Source: Rhodosorus marinus CCMP1338 (lineage: Eukaryota > Plantae > Rhodophyta). From it: 64,000 bases of DNA. The number at the start of each line of letters is the position of its first letter. Within the stretch, counting starts at the first letter, position 1. This document shows positions 13,120-23,126 of this stretch, one piece after another. Made by a program: the position numbers and the translations under genes. The stretch lies in the NCBI GenBank assembly GCA_029953675.1, contig JAMWBK010000005.1, positions 2,728,001 to 2,792,000 on the forward strand, read 5' to 3'. The notes beneath the pieces were generated by a model, which did no database searches, was not told where the DNA came from, and saw only the letters and a program-made list of their open reading frames with translations.

Positions 13120-15201
13120 CTAGGGCCTTCCAGACAACTTCTCGTGTCCTTCCTCTAGCTCCATGAGGGCTCGTTTTCTTTTGTTCTCATACAAAGCCGG
13201 TGCTACGTCAACAAGCCAGGTGGCTTCCACTACAGTTATGTTCCGCATGTACTTGTTCGCCGTTTCCACGGCCTCGGCGTACACCACACATTTTGGGTAG
13301 CGATCAAACAGCACTGAAGTGGGATGCATTCGAAGCGGTACATGATTGAACGACAGAGACGACAGCAGGGAGGTGTAGCTCCCGTTTGGAGACACAAATG
13401 CGGCTTTGTGAAACAATCCTGTGCACAGGGCCCTACGGATACGTGTGTCCAGCCTTTCCTTTTGAAGCGAACTATCCGACTTCTTCCTGTCGACATACTT
13501 TTTCAAGTTGTGGGCTATTCTCCTGGCCTGCTTGAAGCCTTTCCCGTTGAACCTCTTGCTGGAGCACCAAGAGCTGGAGTACCCGTTGCTCTTGTATGCG
13601 CGGAACATGTTCAAATACGTCAATAGGTCACCCTCAGCTACAGCATAGGGTTCACGCACTGCTTCAAAAAGCCGCCTCTCCCTCGAGGCCGACGCGGAGA
13701 TCAGCAGAGTAGAGCTCTGTACCATTCCAAATATTTCGCTGACCTCCTCCGTACATCCGAATGCCTCGCTTGCGACCAGACATCGCGCGTAGTCCGGTTC
13801 CAGAGGGATTTCAGCCATCCGCATACCAATGTCGTCCGTTAGAATACCATCATCATCAATCGCGCCAAGGTTGTACAGTTCCTCGAGCGCTTGTGCGACC
13901 ACCTCAACTGGCGGTGCACTTGGAAACTGGAAGTTCATGATGTTATCCACGCCGAAAGACTTTAGCTGAAGGATCGCTCCGTTAAGGGACACTCTTTGAA
14001 TCTCCGGCGGGGTTGTCTCGGACAACTGGGAGAAGTCAGAAACCGTGCAGCAGCGAAAACACTGACCCGGCCTGGTCCTACCAGCTCTTCCCGCACGTTG
14101 TGTGGCAGACGCTTTAGAAATTGGCACCAGCGAAAGCGAGGAGACGTGCTCCTGCGAAGAGAACGACTTGAGCTTGGCGTGCAGCGTATCCACGACAAAG
14201 GCCACTCCGTCAATGCTAAGACTGGTTTCGGCGACATTGGTAGCAGCAACGACCTTTCTTCGATTGGGAGGGGCAGGCTCCAGCGCTTCAATCTGCTGGT
14301 CATAGGGTAGACTGGCGTATAGTGGAACAGCAACCACATGTCGGCCTAGGGTCTCAGTGACTCTGCTCGTCAGCTCCTCGCATTCCTCAGAGCTGGAGAG
14401 GAAGATGAGAATAGATCCCGAGGAAGGTTTGGAATTGCGGTGAATGTCGACGACGATGTTCAAGGATTCCTCGAGGTAGTCTTTGCAAGGGGATTTGAGG
14501 TAGGAGACATCGACGGGGTAAGATTTTCCTTCGATGTTGACAATGGCGGTCTGGTCCTCGCCGAGGAAGGTGACGAATTCATCGGCGTTGATTGTAGCTG
14601 AGCACACGATGATGCGAAGATCGCTTCTTCGTTGCTGTACCTTCTTGAGCAGGCCAAGGAGCAAATCGCAGGTTACGCTGCGCTCATGAGCCTCATCGAC
14701 CATGACAACCGAGTATCGACTTAGGAGCGGGTTGGACATCATCGAGCGCAGGGCAGTTCCTTCAGTGGAGAACACCAGACGTGTCTTGGTGCTCGTCCGA
14801 TTGTCAAACCGGATCGCCACTCCAACTTCCTCCCCAACGGTACTTCCAACTTCAGCAGCAACCCTCTCAGCAGCGGCCACCGCCGCCACTCGCCGTGGCT
14901 CAGTAACCAGAACCGCTCGATCTCCGTCGCACCATCCGGCTTCCATCAAGAACTGAGGAATCTGCGTTGTCTTCCCAGATCCAGTCGAACCCATGACGAC
15001 CAAGGATCTGTGCTTCTCCAGGGCCTTCAGAACATCGCCACGGCGCTTCGCAGCCGGCAGAAGCGCCCTCTGCTGCGAAAGCGACAAAGCTTTCCTCGGA
15101 TTGTACAGAGCGCTAACCACATTGCTCTGCTCCTCCTTTACGTCTTCAAACCTAAGCTTCTCAGTCTTGTTCACCTGCCGCCGCTTCACTGACGAATCCA
15201 T
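13120..15201 (-). CDS. DHX35: DEAH-box RNA helicase DHX35-like (intronless)
   Basis: GSTGSGKTTQIPQFL, DEAH, SAT, TNVAETS and QRAGRAGR motifs. N-terminal SLSQQRALLP and EAGW match DHX35 rather than Prp22/Prp43. Confidence 0.88.
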   Translation of the reverse strand: MDSSVKRRQVNKTEKLRFEDVKEEQSNVVSALYNPRKALSLSQQRALLPAAKRRGDVLKALEKHRSLVVMGSTGSGKTTQIPQFLMEAGWCDGDRAVLVTEPRRVAAVAAAERVAAEVGSTVGEEVGVAIRFDNRTSTKTRLVFSTEGTALRSMMSNPLLSRYSVVMVDEAHERSVTCDLLLGLLKKVQQRRSDLRIIVCSATINADEFVTFLGEDQTAIVNIEGKSYPVDVSYLKSPCKDYLEESLNIVVDIHRNSKPSSGSILIFLSSSEECEELTSRVTETLGRHVVAVPLYASLPYDQQIEALEPAPPNRRKVVAATNVAETSLSIDGVAFVVDTLHAKLKSFSSQEHVSSLSLVPISKASATQRAGRAGRTRPGQCFRCCTVSDFSQLSETTPPEIQRVSLNGAILQLKSFGVDNIMNFQFPSAPPVEVVAQALEELYNLGAIDDDGILTDDIGMRMAEIPLEPDYARCLVASEAFGCTEEVSEIFGMVQSSTLLISASASRERRLFEAVREPYAVAEGDLLTYLNMFRAYKSNGYSSSWCSSKRFNGKGFKQARRIAHNLKKYVDRKKSDSSLQKERLDTRIRRALCTGLFHKAAFVSPNGSYTSLLSSLSFNHVPLRMHPTSVLFDRYPKCVVYAEAVETANKYMRNITVVEATWLVDVAPALYENKRKRALMELEEGHEKLSGRP

Positions 15202-15385
15202 CGATAGCTAGAAACTGTTCTCTAGTTCATCGTCTTCAAAAGAGGCTTCACAGCTAAAGTCGCTAAAACCGTAGATTTTGACCCATGTCTTCTCCAAGTG
15301 AACAAGAAAATTCTAGGTCTTGAGTTTCTTCTTCTAAGTCCGCCTCGTACCAAAAATTACGAGCTCGAGAAAGTCTCTCCTGCTG

Positions 15386-15650
15386 GAGTAGGTTGATTCC
15401 ACAGCTACCGATGCTCTCTTGACCAACTAACTCTCCCCGCACAAGCTTGACGCCGTAAGAATCCAATCCAGGGCCAGCCTTTCTGGAGTACATCCCCACT
15501 ACCAGTAACTGTGGCGTTGCTTGAGTAGATTGACTCCACAGCTACTGATGCTCTCTCGACCAAGTTTCCCCGCACAACCTCGACGCCATAAGAATCCAAT
15601 CCAGTGCCAGCATTTCTTTACCTTCAGGACTACCACCAGTAGCTATAGTC
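15386..15650. repeat. Diverged tandem duplication, period ~137 bp
   Basis: GAGTAG(G/A)TTGA(T/C)TCCACAGCTAC(C/T)GATGCTCTCT...AAGAATCCAATCCAG starts at 15386 and again at 15523. A second diverged pair lies at ~15282-15342 and ~15754-15812. Confidence 0.9.
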
Positions 15651-15844
15651 GAAGCCCGTCTTGACTCTCTCAGGACAGTTTCAGCTATCTAAAAAAATGA
15701 TGGCATAGCTCAGAGTGTTGACAGGTTCGGTTGAGGCCCCAAGTGGTTTATCCCCATGTATCTTCTCCATCCGAACAAGAAATTCTCAGTGTATTGAGGC
15801 TTTTCTGAGTCCTCAAAGTTGAGAGACGAGACTCGCCTGCTTTT

Positions 15845-16690
15845 TTAGGTTCTCAAAAGCTCTTGGCAGACTGATTCCAAAGCATCTGATGCTCCTTTGA
15901 ACTGTCCTCCCCAGCTCACTCGTTTGACAATCCAGTGACTGCATTTCTGGAGGGCGTTCACCCCAGGAAGGAGTTTCCTGACTTCAACCGCCTCCTTTAC
16001 CAAATGCGTATGAGAGCAAGGATCCATGTATAGAGCTATGGATCCGTCTCAATGGGAAGCTCTGACAAAGTCTCTTCAGAACGAAACGGCTTCGCCAGCT
16101 GGACTCTGATCGCCGTAAGCCGCGGTCTGGAAGAAGAAGCTTGATATTCCTAAGCATCTGACGTTCTCAGATGCCATTGAAACTGAGTCCAGATATCACT
16201 GACGTAGAAGCTCGCTGGCGGCAACCATCTCCTCAGTCTCGAGGGAGGAGTTGAGCCGCGCTTGCTTCAATCGACATCAAATTGGTCGTGGACCGCTCGG
16301 CCGATGCCAATTAGCTCCTTTTCTCGACTTTGACACTGCTCTCATCGATGGGAGTTGAGACACGAACAGTCTAAGTCTCAATGACAAGCTCTAATAATGA
16401 AGCCTGTAGCAGACTCATATGGCTTTCCCATGCCAAGTCATGATCGCCTTAAGGCCCTCTGATTGACTCCTAAGCGACTGATCTTTTTCAACGGACACCA
16501 ACGGAGAAGGTCCAGAGCACCAATAGAAGCTCTTGACGAAGATGCGTTCGCGCAGCAAGGGCTTCTCTCAGTCGTGACGCCTGAGAAGGATGATGTAGAA
16601 GTACCCAACTCAGTCCACATCGAACAGAACATTCTCGTCTCAGACCTTCATCTGGAGGAAGGAGGCGTTCGCTCGTCAAAGGTGGTCACA
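15845..16690 (+). pseudogene. Decayed coding-like relic (possible transposon remnant)
   Basis: Protein-like frames broken by many stops (e.g. AFLEGVHPRKEFPDFNRLLYQMR; MDPSQWEALTKSLQNE...*). TCC(A/T)AAGCATCTGA recurs at ~15876 and ~16148. No family recognised. Confidence 0.3.
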
Positions 16691-17993
16691 ATGGAAGGCT
16701 CGGCCGATACGACATGGCTGGTTTTTGACTTTGATAACACTCTAATCGATGAGAATTCAGACTACGTAAGCAAAAAGACTAGAAACCCGATGACAATCCA
16801 TTGGCTTTTCAGCGAGACCTAATCCGTGTTTCTGTCTCTTCAGTTTGTTTTCGAAAGGCTTGGATCCGATATCCTGGACACGCTACGTGATAGAACGCGC
16901 TCGGTGGGTTTCACACAAGCTGTCGATGAGTGCCTAGCGATCCTCTGGAACAGAGGAATCTCAGTCCACGATTTGAGGAAGGAGCTAGGCAACATCTCGG
17001 TTAACGCCAAGCTCGCTGGAGCCCTTCTGCAGACCCGGAGCGTGGTGAGTGAGCGCTGCATGATTGTATCCGATGCCAATACCGAATACATCCGTACCAT
17101 TCTCAAGCGAAACGGGCTTGATGACGGCGTGTTCGAGAGGATCGTGACGAATCCTTCATTCCTCGAGAGCGATCGGTTGCGGGTCAAACCCTTTGACAAC
17201 AATAACGGAACGTGTCGACGGTGTCCCGAGAACCTCTGCAAAGGAAGAGTCATAGAGGGTGAGTCCTTTGCAAACCAGCCCCCTTGATCAAGTCCTACGT
17301 GCCTATGGAACTGGTTTGGTCCAGACTTTAGAGAAAAGAGGAATGAATTGTCAGCTTCCGCAGCTGTCAAAGCAGCAGGGCTCGAACCTTGGATTGACCG
17401 CGGCCTCAACCAGCTTCCGACTGACACAGCCATAGCTGAAAGTGTTGAGCTTGATATCCAGTAGTTAACTGGACGAACGAGGTTGATCCTAAGTCTACCT
17501 CGTTGACAGCAACGCTTGCGAAACAGCCTGCGGAATCTATTTATTGCTAACGACCTTGTTGGTTGTCTCATGAACGTTCCCGCAGAGTTGATTTCAGGGA
17601 TGGGAGTGGATGGGAGAATTGTGTACGTTGGTGATGGAGGAAACGACCTTTGCCCCGCTCTGAGGTAAGACAAGAAGGCGCTACAACAACAAATGCTCCA
17701 CAGAGAACCTGAAAAATTGTTTCTATCCAATATCCAGATTGCGTGACTGTGACAGTGTTCTTCCGAGGAAAGGCTTCCCATTGTTCAAGCTCCTAGTAAG
17801 CACCTCGCACCGCACGATGAGGGAGTGTAAACACCGGTGTGAATAGATCTACTGAATGCTGAAGCTGTGGGCGCCTTGCATCACAAAATTTTCACAGAAA
17901 GAGAAGCATCATGAGTGCAAAGCGCGAGTGATTCCGTGGACTGGAGGGGAAGAGCTTGCCGACACACTCAGTTCAATCAAGAGCTCTGTGTAA
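16691..17993 (+). CDS. HAD-family phosphatase, PHOSPHO1/2 / PECP-like (5 exons)
   Basis: Motif I LVFDFDNTLIDENSD, IVSDANT, RCPENLCKG, motif IV YVGDGGNDLCP and C-terminal VIPWTGGEEL. Introns at 16766-16843, 17259-17585, ~17666-17738 and one near 17796-17898. Confidence 0.9.
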
Positions 17994-18099
17994 ACCTTGT
18001 TCAACCAGAACCTGGAGATCGCCGGGAAGTCTGCATGCTCACTAGTCCGTTTTCAGCTCCAGCCCGTTTGCATTCACTTGACTGGTCGAGCCAGCTTGG

Positions 18100-18949
18100 A
18101 CCAAGCTGGCGCTCAGTATGTACATAAGACCTCATCTACAAAGGGCACCGAACGGCTGCAGTGGCGTTGTCATGTGCTACTAATATGGTTAGACAGAAAG
18201 AAGGAAGGAGACAACTTTCGGGAGTAATTTAACGCAACTGCTAAGTTATGGTTGTAACCGAAATGTCCCGCTTGTGTCCGCCGAAATGGAGCTTTTGCTT
18301 CGCAATGGTCGTCATAAAGCTACTAGGAGCTCTCCTACCATTTGTGAATACCAGCTAGCATATGCAGAACGGTGCGAAAAGAACTGAAGCTCCGCGGAAT
18401 GGAGGTTTTCCACCAGCCCTGTTCAGTTCTCCTGGATGGCATTGGCAATCCCAGGGAATGGTTCACTTTTCGTAAATTCTGCTTTTATGCTCCGGTGAAT
18501 TTGTGACCATCCTAAGGAGTCCTCAAAGATTTACACGGAGGAGACGTGCCGTGCCCCTCAGCAAGCCCAGCCAAGGAGAACTACCGAAAGAAAATATATT
18601 CAGCTCCGGCTGGAGAGCTTCCGTTGGTGGTGAGTAAGTACAAAGGGGTGGCAGGCGAGTCTTGCTTCGAGTGACTGAGCCTTCAAGCCTTCAGCATCTT
18701 CAAGGTCACGGAGGTTTGAACACGAAGCTTAACCAATCCGTGAAACAAGTAAATATGCTCCTCAGTACTCAGACCTGCTTGGTCCAATGTATACTGCTTG
18801 CCCAGAGCATGTCGCCCCCACCCGGAATATCCAAAACTGACGAAAGGCACTCTGTTGGAATTCTTATAACCTACTCACAACGCCACCTTTAACCCCAAAA
18901 AGGTTGAAACGAGTCTCGTCTCGCCCCTCTTGACCATGAGGGAAGACAT
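18100..18949 (-). CDS. Putative multi-exon gene, unresolved
   Basis: ATG at 18949 below a C/A-rich leader, with a GTGAGT donor. Spliced start reads MSSLMVKRGETRLVSTFLGLKVAFFGYSGWGRHAL. Downstream exons could not be joined reliably, so the 3' coordinate is a guess. Confidence 0.25.
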
Positions 18950-19222
18950 CCTGCTTTGGCTTGCTGTTTGCTTTACTACGTTCTTCTTCCATCCTCCCTG
19001 TCCCCTCCTCCACCCCAAACCCTCATCGGAAAAAAAAAACAAAACAAAAAACACACCTTCAACAAAAATCACGTCTATTTAGATTCATTTAACAAAATAA
19101 AAAATAGGTCTCTACAATTTTATTCTGAATTACTTTTGAAAAAATTGTAGATTATGGGTATGAACCAATCGAAATACTATAATAAGGAGATATGATCTCA
19201 ACAAATCCTGTCCCCTTTGATT

Positions 19223-19539
19223 TCATGTTTTTCGCCAATCAACGAGCTTGCGGATATGTCGGAGCTTCTCCGAGATAACCTCCCATTTTGTAAACAAATA
19301 CTGTATCTCCGGCAGGTGCAAAGATAGCTTCCTCCCATTGGCCAGAAACGGACCCTTGTTTTGTAGTCACATAGAAACAACTTCGACGATACTGATAATT
19401 TTATATTTATTTCTATTTTTATTATCCAATAAAATTCCTCCAAATCCGACCCCTCAAAAATCTCCGAAACAATTTAACAAATAGTCAGGCCTTTTGCACA
19501 CCGAATCCGCGATTCGTTTTCTTCTACGTCAACAGGCAT
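19223..19539 (-). CDS. Putative small two-exon gene (54 aa, or 20 aa + TGA + 47 aa, depending on donor)
   Basis: ATG at 19539 directly below a poly-C leader. An AT-rich intron ends in ATCAG at 19392. Alternative donors at 19527 and 19501. Confidence 0.35.
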
Positions 19540-20121
19540 CCTTCCACCCTCCCCCCCCCTTCCCCCCCACCCCACCCCTTTCCCAACGCAACTAAATCCA
19601 CTCTGTAGAGAATCAATCAACATACCCCTTATATGTCATTGCGCGAAAGACATTAATAAGAAACTTTTAATCCGAAGATGAATTGTTGGGAGCTTCTGTT
19701 GAAGGCCGGGTTGTTGGTATTAGTTAAAACTGGATTGAATGAAATTGATTAAGGGAGGGGGGGAATGAAACAATTTAGTGCAATGGAAAAAAAATTAGGG
19801 TTGTTGAAATGTTTTCGAAGGGGGTTGGCGACTTATGATGGTGTTCGGTTTTCGTTGGTGGCGGAGGTGGGGTGAGATTATGGTGATGACGGTGGATTTT
19901 TTGTGGGTGGGAAAACACTTGCGAAATTTTGGATTTTTGGTGTGTGTGTTTGTGGGTGGGTGGGCGGGTAGGAGGTGGAGAGATAAGAGAGGGAAAGGAG
20001 TGCGTCCGTCCATTTTCTTTTGTTCCTTTTTTTTTTTGGTTTGAGTGGCATTGTAAGTTGTGTGCGTGTGTGATCCCGTTTGAAGCACAAATCGTATTTC
20101 CCTGCGTTTAGGCAAAAGAGA

Positions 20122-20166
20122 GGGGGGAGGGAGGGGGAGGGAGGGAGGGAGGGAGGGAAAGGGGGG
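20122..20166 (+). promoter_or_regulatory. G-run tract with G-quadruplex potential upstream of the CBM20 gene
   Basis: GGGGGGAGGGAGGGGGAGGGAGGGAGGGAGGGAGGGAAAGGGGGG: more than four G3+ runs with 1-3 nt loops. A regulatory role is inferred only. Confidence 0.5.
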
Positions 20167-20516
20167 TGTGGATACTGTGATGAGATTAGATTAGATTATC
20201 ATTGGTGACCCTTTTTGTTTTGCTTTTTTTGGTGGTTCCCCGAAAAGCCGCCGGGAACTGTGGGTTTGAGAGCTGGGTGCATGGGCTGATATGGTTCGTT
20301 TGCGAAGTAAGTGAGTGGAAAGGAGATGGAGCAGGAATAATAAAAAGGTTGGTGCTCGGTTGAGCGAGGATTCTTGGCTGACAGCATTCGGGGCGAGAGG
20401 GGGGGTCAGGGTTGTGGCGTAGGGATTTGGATCCCTCTGTTAAGAGAGACCTTTGTTGAAGCTGGGAGCAAGTTGGCGGCTGGTTTCTTGCTTTTTTGTT
20501 GTGTGCTCTGAACAGG

Positions 20517-21508
20517 ATGAGAGTTGTCTTTCGGGCTCATTATGAGGGTTTGAGCACGGAAGAGCTCTTTGTCGTTGGTGGGTCTGAGAAACTTGGGTTT
20601 TGGGACCCCGCGAAAGCTGTAAAGCTGACGAAGGTTGACGATGGTCTTTACCAGGTAAGTTGTGGAGCGATGATTGCGCTCTCCTTCGATGGCTTCGTGT
20701 CGAGATTTCTGAGGGTGGGCCTTCATCGTTTTTCCACGAAATTCTTTGTCATCTTCCTCAGGTCATGATAGCAAAGATCTCCGAACTCGATACTGTCCTG
20801 GAGTACAAGTACCTTCTCAAAGATGCAAATTTTCCGAGGTGCGTAAAGTGGGCCGAGGGAGAGAACAGAAAGTTTAGTACCAGTGGAGATGAACTTGGAG
20901 TTGTGCTCGAAGAGAGACCCTTTCAACGCGGTATCAGCGATTGGTACGCATACGAGCCTAGCGTGCAGGCCCAGGACGAGCAGGAGTGGGGAAACTATGA
21001 GTACCTTAAGAGCAAGCAGTCGTTTTGGGAATTATGGGAAAGACCATCGCAGTCGTGCTCTACAGCTGAAGCGGCGAGTGCAAGCGGCAGCTACTGCACG
21101 GAGGAAGAAATCCATGAGGGTGGGCAAGACCGGGGACATTGCGTAAGGAATGAGGACGGAGACAATTGTTCGCATGCCCAGCGGAGGATTCCTGAGGACG
21201 GGACTGGGTGCACAACAAAACCGAAACCGTTCTGGATGCTTCACAAGGGTGAATTTGAACAGTTTGAGGGATCGTCATGTTTGCAAAACCATATGAAGAT
21301 CGTGACAGAGACTTCGGGCAGCCGTGAGGATAGGGAAAGGAGAGGGCAAAGGAGCTCCAGTCCGGGAGCTGACGATGACTTCTTTCATCAAGTCGCTTCC
21401 AATGCGATACCGCAGCCGGCCACCCTTTATCGGTCGAAGAATCTCCCCACCTATCTTCTTTGGAGGAAGCCGGAGAACACAACACTAACAGCTCCATCCT
21501 GGACGTGA
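20517..21508 (+). CDS. CBM20 starch-binding-domain protein with a non-catalytic-looking C-terminus
   Basis: LFVVGGSEKLGFWDPAKAVKL, LEYKYLL and VKWAEGENRKF are CBM20 hallmarks. Intron at ~20655-20761. The remainder is an open frame to 21508. Confidence 0.8.
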
Positions 21509-21559
21509 AGAAAATAGAACGGGACTGGAGGAGCACGTGAACAGCTAAATTACCCAAAG

Positions 21560-21900
21560 ACCGCAACCTTACAGTTGACTTCAGATAAGACCAAGCACAG
21601 AGTCGTACGAAGACGTCTCTCGTGAATGCTACTAGGTGTAAGGCATTTTGTAAATCGTCAATGACTAAAAAGAACCATCTTTCATAAGCAATTTCTGCTT
21701 GGAAGTCTTTACTCGTCGATAGCTTTTCGGTCATGTACTAATCCAGTCCAGTTTTACAGAAGCATCATAGCTCCGTGACCCGTGGAGCGATTAGACGGGC
21801 TCGCTTTGTAATGCTGACAGAATGAAGGAGACTTTTGCACTTACGCCCAGCAAGGACCCTCGGTGCTCCCTAAGTTCGGTCATCTTTCACGTGCCCCGTT
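21560..21900 (-). mobile_element. Possible Ty1/Copia integrase-region relic
   Basis: Minus-strand YERWFFLVIDDLQNALHLVAFTRDVF resembles the Copia RYFxxFIDD..WVYxLKxKxEVF block. An upstream degenerate EGxC..QKSPxF lies in the expected order. Highly decayed. Confidence 0.35.
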
Positions 21901-22109
21901 TAGCCTCGCACGCGGGAATGACATGCAACAAAAAAAGGTGTTGCGGAAAGAGTCGAAACCCACTGCCGACTGATTTTAAGTAAGGGTGGACCGAATTTCT
22001 GTGTGCAAACGTGTAGGCGCAACAACTCCAATAATATGCCAATTTAAAGAATTCTCGGAGGAGTTAATTGAAACAAGTTAAAAATTATCTAGAACGATGA
22101 TATTAGCAT

Positions 22110-23126
22110 CTAGTAGTAGTACGATCCTATGGAATTAATAGCTTCCGCATTGTCGACCGACGCCATGAGCGCTTCTACTCGGAGGAGTTTCGGCATCGTC
22201 CACTTCGAACACTCTAAACATCTCAAATCGGAACAACCCAGTTTGGCCTCTTTGCATAATGCATCATAGTGCGCAAGGATCTGCTCTTCTGCGGCGTCCA
22301 TCCCAGAGGACTTCCGGGACAATTCGTACACGCGTCGTACAGCGACTTCAATTGATGACCAAAAGTGTAGAAAGTCCCTTACGATTAAATGTGTTGTGAA
22401 CGGTGCTATCGGCATATCCTCCAAGCAGGTGAACTCAATACTAACGAGCTGCGAACAACACCTGACCATGCTTGGAATTGTGTCAAGCAGCTCGCGGCGT
22501 TCCATGCTCTCGAACTGACGATAAAACAACTTTTCATAGTTCGCATACGGGTCATTCAAATTGTTTTTCAGGGGCGGATAGTTAACCGCTTCCTTGGTCC
22601 GGCAATATGCCAACAGGTACTTCGCATAAGATGCAATCAGTTCGTCGTTCTCGAGCCCCTTTGCGCTCGCTTCCGAATAACCCAGGAACAGAAGCTCCTT
22701 CTTATTCTTCAAGACCAGGTCAATGAACGGCTGACTAACGGTCTCACGCATGAGATAGTGCAAAACCGAAAGGCTCTTAAATACCACAATCCAGTCTGGC
22801 TCGTGCATTCTAGTCCTGAGAGCCTCAACGATAGTTTTCGGTGCAGACTGCTCCGAAATGACGTCACAACCGTAGTACTTAATCCCGCCCAACAAGTTCT
22901 TCAAAACCTTGTCCGAAATTGGCCTCTCCCCCCGCGAGGTTGCCTTGGTCACCGAGGATATCCATACATCTCTTTTCACGGAGGCCTTACATTTCTTCAC
23001 CAATTCCTTCATCCTCCAGCCGCGTCCAGAATGCACATCAGTGTCTTCAAGCGTCCCAACGTTCGTGTCGCTCTCTTCTCCCCGCCACTCCACCCCGTAC
23101 ACTCCATCACAATCTACGTCCTCCAT
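22110..23126 (-). CDS. ANTH/ENTH-domain clathrin assembly protein (intronless)
   Basis: VTKATS..PISDKV and DWIVVFKSLSVLHYLMRE, followed by LIASYAKYL. First ATG at 23126. Confidence 0.8.
   Translation of the reverse strand: MEDVDCDGVYGVEWRGEESDTNVGTLEDTDVHSGRGWRMKELVKKCKASVKRDVWISSVTKATSRGERPISDKVLKNLLGGIKYYGCDVISEQSAPKTIVEALRTRMHEPDWIVVFKSLSVLHYLMRETVSQPFIDLVLKNKKELLFLGYSEASAKGLENDELIASYAKYLLAYCRTKEAVNYPPLKNNLNDPYANYEKLFYRQFESMERRELLDTIPSMVRCCSQLVSIEFTCLEDMPIAPFTTHLIVRDFLHFWSSIEVAVRRVYELSRKSSGMDAAEEQILAHYDALCKEAKLGCSDLRCLECSKWTMPKLLRVEALMASVDNAEAINSIGSYYY

Noticed and set aside
17340-17480. tRNA or permuted tRNA around the minus-strand GGTTCGAGCCC motif
   Set aside because: The T-stem pairs only 3 of 5 positions, D-to-T spacing is too short, and no clean 7-bp acceptor stem forms in normal or permuted order.
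18090-18110. Shorter palindromes (10-bp arms here; 9-bp arms at 37321-37339; 6-bp arms at 60173-60184)
   Set aside because: Arm lengths are within or near chance expectation for 64 kb.
20176-20290. Box C/D snoRNA (GTGATGA...CTGA)
   Set aside because: Only a 3-bp terminal stem and no recognisable rRNA or snRNA guide.
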